Origin: Octopus vulgaris
Lineage: Eukaryota
Direction: 5' to 3'
Assembly: GCA_951406725.2 (NCBI GenBank)
Contig: OX597820.1
Location: forward strand, 32,922,001 to 32,986,000
DNA: 64,000 nt
Numbering within the stretch: the stretch's first letter is position 1; each line of letters begins with the position of its first letter. Below, piece after piece: positions 26,456-38,887 of this stretch. The notes under the pieces were generated by a model. The model saw only the letters and a list, made by a program, of their open reading frames with translations. It did not search any database and was not told where the DNA came from. The translations under genes and the position numbers were made by a program.

Positions 26456-26999
26456 CAGAGGGTGGGCTGTAATGATGGGACATATTTTAAATGTTTGTAT
26501 CTTGTATTATAAAAATGATATAGAGTACCAAATATATTTATTTCATAACTATTACATAGGAGTTTTTTTGCAGATAGTTGGTGTTGGTGACCTTCATAAT
26601 GCTGTGCACTCCAAAAGAAATAAGATACCTGGTCAAAGCATATTCACCAGCCAAGGAGCATTGTTGTGGCCCAAAGAAAATTCCAACAGTATTTTCGAAA
26701 GTGACAGGCACCATCCTGAAAAGTGATCTTGCATGCTGTTACAAACTTCTGTGCGACAGGCGATTGCTGTCATTCCAGTTGATATGCTAAGCTGCAGTGT
26801 GCATGATATGAGAAAGCGAGCTCCTGAATGTTCTCTTTATGGTGGTCACCATCTCCAGGATGTAATAATCAAATCTTAGATAATATGTTGACCTCCTATA
26901 TATCAGTTATGAAATAAATATATTTGGTATGCTATGTCATCTTTATAATTCAAAGATACTAGCAATTAAAATGTGTCCCATTATTATGGTGGACCCTCG
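26456..26999 (+). mobile_element. Internally deleted Tc1/mariner transposon with transposase N-terminus remnant
   Basis: TIRs GAGGGTGGGCTGTAATGATGGGACATATTTTAA / TTAAAATGTGTCCCATTATTATGGTGGACCCTC; frameshifted MLCTPKEIRYLVKAYS..SIVVAQRKFQQYF..APS*KVIL..NFCATG resembles a DUF4817-type HTH. Confidence 0.7.
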
Positions 27000-27045
27000 G
27001 AAGTGATAAATATCCAAGCAAGGATATATATATATATATATATAT

Positions 27046-27720
27046 GGAAATGACTAGAGACCGAGACCTATGGAAGTATGCTGTGCGTGAGAAGACCCGG
27101 CAAGACTAGTGAAGCCATAATCCGTGGCCCCTACCTGGGACGTAGTCAGTCCACCTGTGCATACCTTCCTTCTTGTGACACTTGTGAAGACCTGTTGAGG
27201 CAAGTGAGAATCGAATCAAATCAAATCAAATTGAACCAAATCAAAATAGATGAACATCAATGGAATTTGTATCCTTGTGGTACCAGTGCCGGTGGCACAT
27301 AAGAAAACCATCCGAACGTGACCGTAGCCAGTACCGCAATGACTGGCCTCCGTGCTGGGGGCATGTAACAAACACCATCCGAGCGTGGCCGTCCGCCAGC
27401 CTCGTCTGGCACCTGTGTCGGTGACACATAAGAAAACACCATCCGAGCGTGGCCGTCAGCCAGCCTCGTCTGGCACCTGTGTCGGTGGCACATAAAAAAC
27501 ACCATCCGAGCGTGGCCGTCTGCCAGCCTCGTCTGGCACCTGTGTCGGTGGCACATAAAATCACCCACTACACTCTCGGAGTGGTTGGCGTTAGGAAGGG
27601 CATCCAGCTGTAGAAACACTGCCAGATCTGACTGGCCTGGTGCAGCCTTCGGGCTTGCCAGACCCCAGTTGAACCGTCCAACCCATGCTAGCATGGAAAG
27701 CGGACGTTAAACGATGATGA
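27046..27720 (+). mobile_element. 3' end of an RTE-type LINE (ORF terminus, 3' UTR with minisatellite, (GAT)n tail)
   Basis: Begins with EMTRDRDLWKYAVREKTRQD-stop, resembling the DRxxW C-terminus of RTE ORFs; four ~62-bp units; ends GTTAAACGATGATGAT. Confidence 0.75.
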
Positions 27721-27729
27721 TATATATAT

Positions 27730-28165
27730 AAGGGTAAATAATTATTAATTTTAAAAATTAATAATTATTACCAAGTAGTTTCGGTATGGAAATATAACCA
27801 TTATCGGTAGGAACGCTTTATATATACATATATATATAAATAGGGTTAAGCAACAAGTTGCTTAGCCACATACCAAAAATTTAGAAATAGCAGTCAAAAA
27901 CCGCTCATTCCTATTTACTACAAATATAACTCCACATATAACATTTACTTGTAACTCACATATGCAAAAAAATTCTAACCCAGAAACGCATCCACAACTG
28001 ACCGATGACTGTTTGTTTTCGTTATTTTTCCTTCTTTTTGCATATGTGAGTTACAAGTAAATGTTATATGTGGAGCTATATTTGTAGTAAATAGGAATGA
28101 GTGGTTTTTGACTGTTATTTCTAAATTTTCGGTATGTGGCTAAGCAATTTGTTGCTTAACCCTAT
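27730..28165 (-). mobile_element. (TA)n-embedded foldback element, same family as 18225-18560
   Basis: ~128-bp arms 27841-27970 / 28035-28164; tail AGGGTAAAA...ACCAAGTAG..TCGGTATG homologous to the 18225 tail. Confidence 0.75.
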
Positions 28166-28489
28166 ATATATATATATATATATCATCATCATCATCATCA
28201 TCAACATCATAATCACCATCATCGTTTAATGTCTGTCTTTCATGCATGCCTGGGTAGAAGAACAGGTGACAGGAGCTGGTGAGGTAGAAGACAGTTACTG
28301 CGCATGTGTTGATTCAGTTGCTGGTTTGTTTTCTTGAGAGTCAGACAGAATATTTGTGCTGCTTGGCAGTGGTTTAGAGAAAATGTATTCAGACCTTAAA
28401 GGGTCTGAGTTGTCTTCAGTGGGAGAGGAGCCCCTGGAAGGGATCCTTATATATAGCCAAGAGAAATAACCCATTCATTTTCCTAAATT

Positions 28490-29030
28490 ATTTGGTAAAA
28501 AATGAAATTAAGTATGCTTATTTCTTAGTATTTGAACTGTTATTCTCACAATTTATCCAGTACAACCCTTAAACAAGTAAATAGTATTTTCCTAAACAAT
28601 AGATCCACTTATTTCGGTTAGCGACTTATTCATGAATATACCAACACCAGCACCCCTGAGGGTAATATTCTCTGGGAATGCACAAAAGCCCTTTTCAGTG
28701 TTATTTACTTTGAATTGCTATTATCTCATTTCTGATTAGTCTGTTATTACGTAACATGCTTCATGATTTTAGTATACATACCTTATTAGTATTTCCTATG
28801 TTCTATATACTCTAGGAACACATTAAAGCTCTTTTCGGGGCTACTTTATTTTAATTCTTATTATCGGGTAACTAATTTCATGTTATTACATAACTGACTT
28901 CACAACTTGGGTATTCATAATTTATTGGGATTTCCTAAAAACAAGATCCTGTGTAAGACAGTTCGGTATTCTCAATAAATGCACAAAAACCATTTTAAGG
29001 GCTACATACTTTGTATTCTTGTTGCTATTG
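28490..29030. repeat. Degenerate ~140-160 bp tandem repeat (3-4 units)
   Basis: Recurring ATTCTC..GAATGCACAAAAGCCCTTTTC..TACTTTG.ATT-like blocks at ~28668, 28808 and 28968. Confidence 0.55.
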
Positions 29031-29774
29031 GATTAGCGAAACAGTTATGAGAACGGAGTCAATGGATAAGCCCCACTTTCCTGGAAATTACTGGGCACAT
29101 CAGCTAGTAATAACACAAACTTGTCACATGATGTCACTATAATAGAGAGAGAGTTGTTGGCTTCAGAACTGCTACTTCATTTGCTTTGATTCACCTGCTG
29201 TGTTTTTCACTGTTTAAGTCATGCTTAATCGAGCAGAACTAGGATCAAAGCCATCTACATATAACCATAGATCTTATCTAGATATTACAAATGTACATTC
29301 TGGTCCAATCGCATATATATATGTAAACAACTAACAACTTCCTTGTCAACAGTGAATGTTTTGGTTGGTATTTCTAGCAAATCGAGCGACCACATAGAGG
29401 TCAGTTCATTATTTTTTTTCATAAAAAGGGACACTAAGTTCGTTTCCACTGCTAAATCACAATGAGCACAAAATATTGCTTAGAATACTGTTAGGTGAAT
29501 CATGTGAGCAAAATAGGGTTGCTTTTAATTTAGCATTTTAGTCCCCTTTGAGTCGGCGTTCCAGTAATGACCATCCTCTCCTCATATAGACACCTAGAAT
29601 AATATTATTCAACACAAGCATATTACATTCTTAAGGCGTGAAAGTTTGATTTGTTTGGGTGGAGAAGTTAGCTACTATTTCACGGTGTAAACCTACCATA
29701 GACATTGTATACCTCTATATTCTACTCTCTCTGGTATAAATATATACTTTTGGAGCTTATTTTCATATATAACA

Positions 29775-30286
29775 CTAGCAGTATCGCCCGGCGTTGCTCG
29801 GGTTTGTAAGGGAAATAACTATATAAGCATTTTTAGAGAGTTACTTCCCTTATAGATGCCAATTCGGGCTTTCTTAGCCATTTTTGTTTTGGTGTCTTCA
29901 AGCCATGAAGTCGTTGTTCTAAAAGAACGCTGGTCTCCTTGACAACGCTTTACGACGTTGATTTCCTTACACTGCCTTAACCACAGCTTCACGAGGGAGG
30001 GAAGAAGGGGAAGAAGCAAACAGGTGCAAGTGTGACCTTAGACGCCAACTCCGCCGCCATCGACACACGAAAAATTATGCATTAAAATGGAATAAAAATG
30101 ATGTTAAATTATTTTTAAAATCGTAGACTCATCGTAGACGCGTGCTAATACTCAGACGAGCTCGATATGAATCACGACTATAAGATACCCGAATTTGGTT
30201 AAACTGCACCGCAAAATGTGGGAGTAGTTAGGAATCTAAATCGAAGGGGACAGACACTCACACAACTACAGTTTTATATATATAGA
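29775..30286 (-). mobile_element. Non-autonomous Helitron-like element
   Basis: On -: starts TCTATATATATAAAA, ends with a GC-rich hairpin + CTAG, inserted between A and T without TSD; homologous to 39628-40014. Confidence 0.8.
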
Positions 30287-31370
30287 TATAAACATGTGGT
30301 GCACTTGATTCTGGTATCTGCCTGGTTCCATTTTCTTTCCTCCTTTTTGGTTTTATTGCACAGTTGCTTCCATCGCTGCTGTCCACTGTTTTCTCTCTCT
30401 TCATTTATCTCTGGCTCAATCGCAGTTTGCACCACAACTGGTTCACTTATTATTTCACTTTTTCTCCCAGTCAGCTTGGAATAATCCGGGCAATCTATTT
30501 TCATGTGGCCTCTTTTTCCGCATAAGTGACAGTTTGGTTTTCTTCCTTCTACTACAATTTTTAATGTCCTTTCCTCTGGCAATCCTATTCCGTAAGGAAT
30601 TTTTTCTATGTCCTTACTCAATACATGTAGTTCAATCTCCAAGCCGTATCCCCATTAGTTTATCTGTTTGATTCGGGCTGCACTTATTAATCGTGCTTCC
30701 TCTTCAGTGGCAGCCAAAACTGCTGCCACTACCCATATTTCTTCAATCTCCGGGGTCACATGGCCTACCCTAATTTTCGCATTTCGATTTTAACACCCTG
30801 GTCGAGAATTCTCTCGCTGATTCTTCGCTTTCTTTCTCTCGTATAGTATTTTGCGTATTCCGGTATTGGTTTCAAGCATTCCTCTATTTCTCTTTCTGTT
30901 GCCACTTCCATTTTTCTGGTTTCAATTAGCTGTGATTGATACACTACTGTTCTCCTTCTTGTTTGTTCTAAAGCTTATTCCGGAGGTACTATGGAATATG
31001 TTGTTCCCTCCTTCTTGATAATTTTCTTGCATTTCTTTATTTCTTCTATTTTCATCTCTATTCTGCTCAGGCCTAGCGTTGCCATTTCCACTTTTGACTC
31101 TTCTTGTGTTATACTGGACCTGGCAGCAGCTGCATAGCTCTGAATAGTATCAAACTCCATGCTGACACCACTTTCTATCTCTACAAGTGGCAAACTCATA
31201 GCAACAACACAACTGCTGAAATGGCCAACAACAATATTTTTAAAATCAGCAGTTCAAACAATTAATTCAACAATGGGCAGCCTCACACGAGACCACCCTC
31301 ACCAAAATTTTAACAAGCAAAAAGAATCACCGTACTCATATACATTTTCAGAAAGACGTCCGTTTGCAAC
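30287..31370 (-). mobile_element. 5' end and disrupted ORF1 (gag-like CCHC zinc knuckle) of a non-LTR retrotransposon, probably Tx1/L1-like
   Basis: ORF 30642-30274 has IVVEGRKPNCHLCGKRGHMKIDC (CX2CX4HX4C); upstream ORF 31199-30975 has SYAAAA; A-rich coding strand; 5' UTR begins near GCAAACGGACGTCT. Confidence 0.72.
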
Positions 31371-31446
31371 ACTACCACGGACTTTCTATATATATTGCTC
31401 TGTTTTAAACTCACTGATTTATTATATTACACATAACACTCAATTT

Positions 31447-31790
31447 AATTGCAGCGCGGAAGGTGTTGAGAAGCCATTTAATTTGTCAAAATATTTTCGT
31501 CACTTTGTTCACTGACAAAATTCTGTGCAGCACAGAATTTTGTCAGTGAACAGGTCGCGATCTCAAAGCGACGAAAATATTTTGACAAATTAAGCACCGA
31601 ATTTTGTCACTGAGCAGGTCGCGGTTTCAAAGCGATGAAAATATTTTGACAAATTAAATTTAAATGTTGAAGTGAATCTAACGGTTTTTGTGTGCTTCTT
31701 AAATGGCTTATAAACACCTTCCCCGCTGCAATTGTTTTCGTTCCAGCACACGATCTCAGATCAGGTCACTTGCTATGCAAGTACATCTCC
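31447..31790. mobile_element. MITE-like element with nested palindromes
   Basis: ATTGCAGCGCGGAAGGTGTT..AAGCCATTTAA / TTAAATGGCTT..AACACCTTCCCCGCTGCAAT; internal perfect palindrome GTTCACTGACAAAATTCTGTGC-A-GCACAGAATTTTGTCAGTGAAC. Confidence 0.7.
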
Positions 31791-32527
31791 ATAACTCAAT
31801 TTGATTTTTTGATAAAATTTACATAAATTTTCTTAATGAATTTAATACCTTGTATCATTTCCAATAAATTTATATAAATTTCATTAAGTTTGCATAAATA
31901 TTTAATGTTCAATGACATTATAATAGCATACAGCTAAATAACTAAAACAAGTCAAAATGGTGTTACTACATTAACGCTATTGGCCATTTATCTACCACTT
32001 CTTTTGCTTCATGACACCCTAACACCATTGTTGTTGGCTGTTTAATATCAGACGATGTTTAATCGAGCAGACTTACTATCAAATCGTAATTTTATATTGA
32101 AGCTATACATCCTGGTCTAATAGCTAATGTATATTTAAACGTAACAACTTCCTCGTAACTATTGAATGTTTTGTTATGGCTATTATTTCTAACAAATCGA
32201 GTCACCATAGAGTGCTGTTGCTTGCTCGTGGCTCATTAAAGAGAGTAGTTTGCTTCAAACCAAAAATCATTAGGTTAGAGTTAATCGTTAACAACAAAAT
32301 GGATTGTTGTTCAGCCGTCCCAGACATGACCATAATTTTTTCATACAAATCTTGAACTATACTGTTAAACGATTATTTTTTGTTCATTTTTAAGATTCTA
32401 AGAATAAGTCTGAGGAGTAGTTAGCTGGCATTTCTAGCAGATGGAGCACCAGTTCAGAGGCTTCGTCGTTGACTCGCTAGAAACTGGTCAGATTTAATCA
32501 GTGTTCAATACATAATACATAGAGTAT

Positions 32528-32697
32528 CTATTTCTTTACTACCCACAAGGGGCTAAACACAGAGGGGACAAACAGATTAAGTCGATTATATCGACCCCAG
32601 TGTGTAACTGGTACTCATTTAATCGACCCCGAAAGGATGAAAGGCAAAGTCGACCTCGGCGGAATTCGAACTCAGAACGTAACGGCAGACGAAATAC
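32528..32697 (-). mobile_element. SINE family B monomer lacking the head
   Basis: Reverse complement of the 38306-38488 segment; starts at GTATTTCGTCTGCCG. Confidence 0.85.
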
Positions 32698-32897
32698 ATA
32701 ACACATAGAGTATCTTGTTACAAGTGTTCCTAAATTTAAAATGCTTATATCATTCGAAGGTGCTGAAAGCGGAAAGTTTCTTAGCCTCAGAAGTATTTGA
32801 ACTGAGACTGCGAATCGTAAAAACAAAACTCGCATGGTAAATCTGTAGCAACCCGAAGTAATGGATACGAGAAGGAGAGAGAGACACACAGAGCAAA

Positions 32898-32947
<50 letters not shown>

Positions 32948-33001
32948 TGTGTGTGTGTGTGTGTAAGTCAATCTATGATTTAATTATATCTTCGGATGCG
33001 A

Positions 33002-33167
33002 GATGGGTTGAATCCTGGAAGTATTGCAACACCAGGTCAACCCGTGGCAAAGCAAGCCCCTAACTCTTCGCCTCATTCTATGGCCCTAAATGTTTAAGAT
33101 ATTCAGATATAAAGCTGATGAGGATAAATACTACACTTTGATCTTAGCGAAAAGGCCGAGAAGCGAT
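33002..33167 (-). pseudogene. U2 snRNA pseudogene (Sm site deleted)
   Basis: - strand ATCGCTTCTCGGCCTTTTCGCTAAGATCAAAGTGTAGTA...; ~166 nt; lacks the AUUUUU Sm segment; stems IIb and III damaged. Confidence 0.9.
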
Positions 33168-33277
33168 AACTGAACACGTCTACAACAGGCTTTCTATACA
33201 CATCGCATTATTTTGCCCCTACTGATATATATAAATATATATATATATAAATATATATATATGTATATAAATATATA

Positions 33278-33312
<35 letters not shown>

Positions 33313-33619
33313 GATATATAAATATATGCATATATATATGTACATACCTACATTTATATGTATATATACATGCATATATGGGTACAGGACATAAAAAAAG
33401 TTGAACACAATGCGAAACAAAAACAAAAACAGAAAACGAACTCTTTTTCGAACAACGAAAAAAAATACAAACAGAGAAACCAGACATGCAACATAAAGAA
33501 TATTCCCCTTCTTCAGTTGTCCCTGTTTCATTTACTCCACGTCTCGAAAGCAAGTACAATACGCGACTTCATTGAAACAATCCTTCCCGCAAAGCAAATC
33601 AAATAAAATTTGGGATTTT

Positions 33620-33956
<337 letters not shown>

Positions 33957-34057
33957 CAAAGTAAGCACATAAATTGCGAAACAAGGTGGAAAAAATAGTA
34001 CTCGAATACTAGAGGTAGAGTAATATGCTTTATTAAAAAAGCAGCAAAAATATCACA

Positions 34058-34101
34058 AAAACTGTTACTCAGTTTCACTTTCCCGTTCGTCGGACAGTTT
34101 T
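34058..34101 (-). ncRNA. Minimal type I hammerhead motif with U4C core variant, in a (TA)n-flanked insert (~33953-34118)
   Basis: - strand AAAACTGT-CCGACGA-AC GGGAAA GT-GAAAC TGA GTA^ACAGTTTT; perfect 8-bp helix I; AATAAA downstream. Confidence 0.65.
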
Positions 34102-34114
34102 GTTTCAAAATAAA

Positions 34115-34160
<46 letters not shown>

Positions 34161-35131
34161 TATACATTGCACTCACATTTAATTGCTTGCTACGGTTATG
34201 CCCTCATTACCTTACATCGTTTCCAATAATTTTATATAGGTTTTCTTTCACTTTACTTAAATATGGTATGTTCAATGGCGCTATATTAGCATAAAACAAA
34301 ATAACTCTAAACTCATGACGTCACAACACTCGAGTAGTATTGTTGTTTAGTTTGCTGTTTAATACCAAATCATGCTTATTACAGTCATTAGCGTCACTAG
34401 TGTGCTGCCCTGGACTGCCCTTCTGTTTGCCGCCTTCAGACCCCACAAAAAAAAACATATAATGCCTACAGTAGACCCAAAAGTGTCGCCCCTTTAAAAG
34501 TACCATCCGGGTTGGACTGCTCCTACCCCCACCAGCTACACTAGTGCTTACAATCAAAGCGTTGTATACATTACCATATCATCCTATATTTATACTGAAA
34601 CTATACAACCTGGTTTAAGAACTAAAATATTTAAACAACCACAACTTCCTTGTTACAATTTACTGATATGCTGTTGTTGTTATCTCTAGCAAAGCGAGCG
34701 ACCACATACAAGTTGTTTCATAACTTGCTTCATACAAAGAAACTATGGATTTGATTCGGATTTTTTCGGTTTTTAACATAATTTCTAGGTAACTAAAAAA
34801 TTTTAAACTTCGTATACTGGTAGAATGTGTTTATAAAACATCTTTTTCTCTTGGCTTTATTGAGAAAATTCTATAGTTTGTAATATATTTGGTCTTTAAT
34901 TTCTTCAATTTCTGCAATTTCAACCAATCACTGACGTCTATTGAGTTAAAAAGCATTCTGTGCCGTATGAATATGTCCCTCGTTTAAGAAACAGATTGGG
35001 TTCATTTATATTTGTGAAGAAAAAAAGATACCCTTCCCCCACCCCTAACCCTAAATCTAAAATAGATTGAAATGCAATAGATCGATTCTAGGGTCATAAT
35101 TATGGGTGACAATTTCATATGACACCGCTAG

Positions 35132-35350
35132 CGTATTTCGTCTGCCGCTACGTTCTGAGTTCAAATTCCGCCGAGGTCGACTTTGCCTTTCATCCTTTCG
35201 GGGTCGATTAAATAAGTACCAGTTACGCACTGGAGTCGATATAATCGACTTGATCCATTTGTCTGTCCTTGTTTGTCCCCTCTGTGTTTAACCCCTTATG
35301 GGTAGTAAAGAAATAAGTATTTCGTCTGCCGCTACGTTCTGAGTTCAAAC
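35132..35350 (+). mobile_element. SINE family B headless monomer plus start of a second unit
   Basis: GTATTTCGTCTGCCGCTACG... unit repeated after AAAGAAATAA at ~35317. Confidence 0.85.
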
Positions 35351-35791
35351 GAGGACAGACAATTTGAACAGTGGAGAAAAAAAATAAAAAGCGTATGAAA
35401 TAAATGCAAGGGTAATAATGAGGATGTAATGTCTACTCGAGCCTCGCCCGTACTTGGTAGTTAAATTTAATCAGTTATCTTGTTTTTCGTAATTACTTTA
35501 ACGTCCCCTTCACTGTCTTTAGTCATTATTTTTACTACGTCTTCCCAGTCTAATACCGGAGGCAAGGTTTCAAATCTCACCTCCTGTCCACTAGGATCGA
35601 TCTCTGATCCAAATGTTTCATCAAGTTTTTTTGAATTTTTCTTTGTCTATAATTATAACTGGTTGATAGATAGGGAATGTCAATTCTTTTTTTACCCATA
35701 TTTTTTTTCTACTGTTATAATACTTTCTTGTATATCTTGCAGTGAAGTGGAAATGCAGTTTCCATGTGACTTTGCTTGGCGCCTGCGACTG

Positions 35792-35823
<32 letters not shown>

Positions 35824-36161
35824 AAAGTATACATAAAGTGGTGACTTGAATCGACTGCTTACAAGAAAAAGGGTCCCCTCTAAAGGCACTGAACCTGGCA
35901 GGTAGAGGTGCGAAAGCGATGATGGGATTTGAAATGAGAAAGCAAAGAGGACTGAATGTCACGGTCTATCACCTCCGTAAGGACACAAATGGAAGTCGAT
36001 GGGTTTGAGGAGGGATGGATCACAAATCACTTCGTGACGGCGAGGAATGTCTTTAACAATCACAACAACCGGAAAGGCCGCTGAGATGATGTAATAAAAA
36101 AAAAACCCCAGCAGCAACAACATATCTGACTTTATTATTAATTTGTATCTCCCGGGTGGGA

Positions 36162-36321
36162 GATGGGGTGTATCCTGGAAGCACTGCAATATCAGGCCAT
36201 CCCGTGGCAAAAGCGGAGTAAGCCCCTAACTCTTCGCTTTGTTTTAAAAATCAGTTTAATATCGATAGTACCATATGGGCAGATATTAAGCTGATGAGAA
36301 CAGATACTACTCTTTGATCTT
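36162..36321 (-). pseudogene. U2 snRNA pseudogene lacking its first ~22 nt
   Basis: - strand AAGATCAAAGAGTAGTATCTGTTCTCATCAGCTTAATATCTG...GATTTTTA...ATTGCAGTGCTTCCAGG; separated from its promoter-like flank (~36580-36640) by ~260 bp of unrelated sequence. Confidence 0.88.
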
Positions 36322-37169
36322 TCTTTATTATAGCCCCAAGGGCTCAAAGTAGAGGGTGGACAAACATGACAGACAACACAAACATGGGGTACAAAGGAAT
36401 GATTTACGAATGAATTATTTTATGTGAAAAATTATGCTGATGAAATGGCTTTCTACCCCACAAAGAAGAAAGTCCCATTTTACTGTTTTTACAATCAAGG
36501 ATTTCTGGCCAATATATTCGTGTTTATACTGAATAGTTTATTAAATGTTCATACATTACGACAGGTGGCAATTCATCGTATTGAAACCGGTTGATCACAG
36601 ACTATGTATACACATGTTTATATCTTACACCAACTGGTTTCTAAATTATTTATTACAATCACATTTAATTACATACTATATTTTATACACATTCAATTCT
36701 TACATTTTCGACCTTAAAATATTTCTAATATTTTCAAATCAATTATTTATAAGCTTATATAGATATTGTATGTTTAATGGCAATATATGTTCTTATTATA
36801 TAAAGTGAATACCTAAAACTAGATAAGTGATGTCACCAAGATAGAAGCACTGTTATTGGCTAGTGACTGGTTGATGGTTCCACCCTAGACCAGTGCATTA
36901 TATTCAAACCGTGTATATAGAGCGATAACAAATACATATTTAAGCAACTAACATTTTCTTCGTCAACTTTCAATGCTTCATTTTGGTTGCTACGTCTAGC
37001 AAATCGAACGACCACATACTGGTTGGCTCGTTGCTAAAGTGAGAAGTTTGCTTCAAACCAAGAGGTTCTAGTTTCGATGTCGTTGCAATAGCGCCAGGTC
37101 CAGGTGTTGTATTGAGGGGTTGTTATTAACATTTCAGCTTGCCAGTCAAGACTATTCCATCTTTATATA

Positions 37170-37840
37170 CATCGAGAACATTGTCTAACGTATACTAATC
37201 TTTCATTTATTTTAAGATATTGGAGTTTCATTTGGCAGAGTTAGTGGAGAGTTAGCTGGTATTTCTAGCAAATCAAATGACAGCATAGGGGCTTCCTTCT
37301 TCACTCTGGCTAGACAAGCAAATAGTAGGGCTTATGGTCATAAATTGCAAAGGTATGGCTATTGATAGGGTTCAACCGCTGTAAATAATTACATCTTCAG
37401 TACATACAAACGCACATGACTAAGCTTACCTTTCAGTTATGGTTTGCACCAACATTTGCCGGATAATTGTTTCAATCATTAGATCTCGGCCAAGCTGGGG
37501 CATTAGTTTGAAGAACATCAGTCGAAAAAAATCGAGCACTGTACTTTTTCTTTATTAAAACCTGGTACTTTTTCTTTCGGCTTCTTTTGTCGAACCGCTA
37601 AGTTACTTTGTACCTAAACACACGAACATCGGTTGACAAGCGGTGACAGGGAACAAACACAAACATCTACACACACACATATCGAGAACATTCTCTAACG
37701 TATACTTATCTTTCGTTTATTTTAAGACGTTGGAGTTTCATTTGGCAGAGTTAGTGGGGAGTTAGCTGCTATTTCTAGTAAGTCAGATGACAGCATAGAG
37801 GCTTCCTTCTTCACTCTGGCTAGACAAGCAAATGGTAGGA
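37170..37840. repeat. ~160-bp direct duplication (37170-37330 / 37681-37840) flanking a SINE A fragment
   Basis: ATCGAGAACATT..CTAACGTATACT...CACTCTGGCTAGACAAGCAAAT repeated with few substitutions. Confidence 0.85.
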
Positions 37841-38256
37841 AAGAAAGCCACGAATGCCCCGTCTTTTTTTTTTTGCCTATCCTTCTAATTGTTGTTTCTC
37901 TTGTCCGCCTTTGTATCTTCTATCTGTCCGAATGTTTTAATGTCTTCTATTGCGATTTTGTTCCATGCGTTCGTACACCCTTGTGTTTACCCTATACTAG
38001 GTGTGTATCTAAATTTTGTACGACTTTTACTCTCTTTTATTCCCCCTCTCATTTTTCTTCCTTTTTCTCGCTCGCCCTCTATCACATTTCTTGGCCCTCT
38101 CTTTCTTTAACTCCCACTATTTCCCACGCGTTTATCTCCCCTGTACCTTTCTCTTTGTCTGACTTTTTTTTCTAATCCTTCAATCCCGCTGCCCCCTACC
38201 CATCTCTCCTCCTTCCACATGACCGGTGTCCGGCCAGCCATGATCTTTCTTTCTTA

Positions 38257-38490
38257 AGGCGGCGAGCTGGCAGAAACGTTAGCACGCCGGGCGAAATGCG
38301 TAGCCGTATTTCGTCTGCCGTTACGTTCTGAGTTCAAATTCCGCCGAGGTCGTCTTTGCCTTTCATCCTTACGGGGTCGATAAATAAAGTACCAGTTTCG
38401 CACTGGGGTTGATGTAATCAACTTAAACCCTTTGTCTATTCTTGTTTGTCCCCTCTATGTTTAGCCCCTTGTGGGCAATAAAGAAATATC
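38257..38490 (+). mobile_element. tRNA-derived SINE family B, full length
   Basis: GGCGGCGAGCTGGCAGAAACG head, GAGTTCAAATTC B-box, GGTCG.CTTTGCCTTTCATCCTT.CGGGGTCGATAAA core; TCTTTCTT on both sides is a possible TSD. Confidence 0.88.
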
Positions 38491-38887
38491 TTTCTTGGCC
38501 TGACTGCCGACCGCCAACACCTCTTGTGTCCATCTCCTATGTTCTTGCTTTTAGGCTTTCACTCCATACACGGCAGCTCAATTTGATTCGCTCTCAGTCG
38601 AAAGACACCTGTTGTTATTTCTTGTTGTTTGTATTCGTAATTGTGTACCATGTTCTCCGTTTGTTTGTTTGTTTTTTGTCTTTGTTGCCGTACACGTTCG
38701 TTAGTTGTTTTTTTTTTACAAAGAAGTCTAATGCTCTTAGTTTAGACTTATTGGGGGACAACCAGATCGAACAGACCTAGTGGGGGTCTGTTCTTCGTTT
38801 TTTGTTTCCGCTTTTCTTTTACAACGGGAGGGTGGAGTTCCTCCGTCTGGTCTGGAAGTCGTTCCATTCTTCTCGCCGCCTCAGGAT

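Noticed and set aside
26574-26726. Possible host exon after TTTTTTTGCAG
   Set aside because: Lies between Tc1-like TIRs and is better explained as transposase remnant in other frames
36436-36592. Split hammerhead CTGATGA ... GAAACCGGTT
   Set aside because: ~140 nt apart, no helix I, and the 3' half aligns with the U2 5' flank
38340-38400. HDV-like ribozyme in the SINE B core
   Set aside because: Only a simple GTCGAC/GTCGA-type hairpin; could not build P2, P1.1 or J4/2
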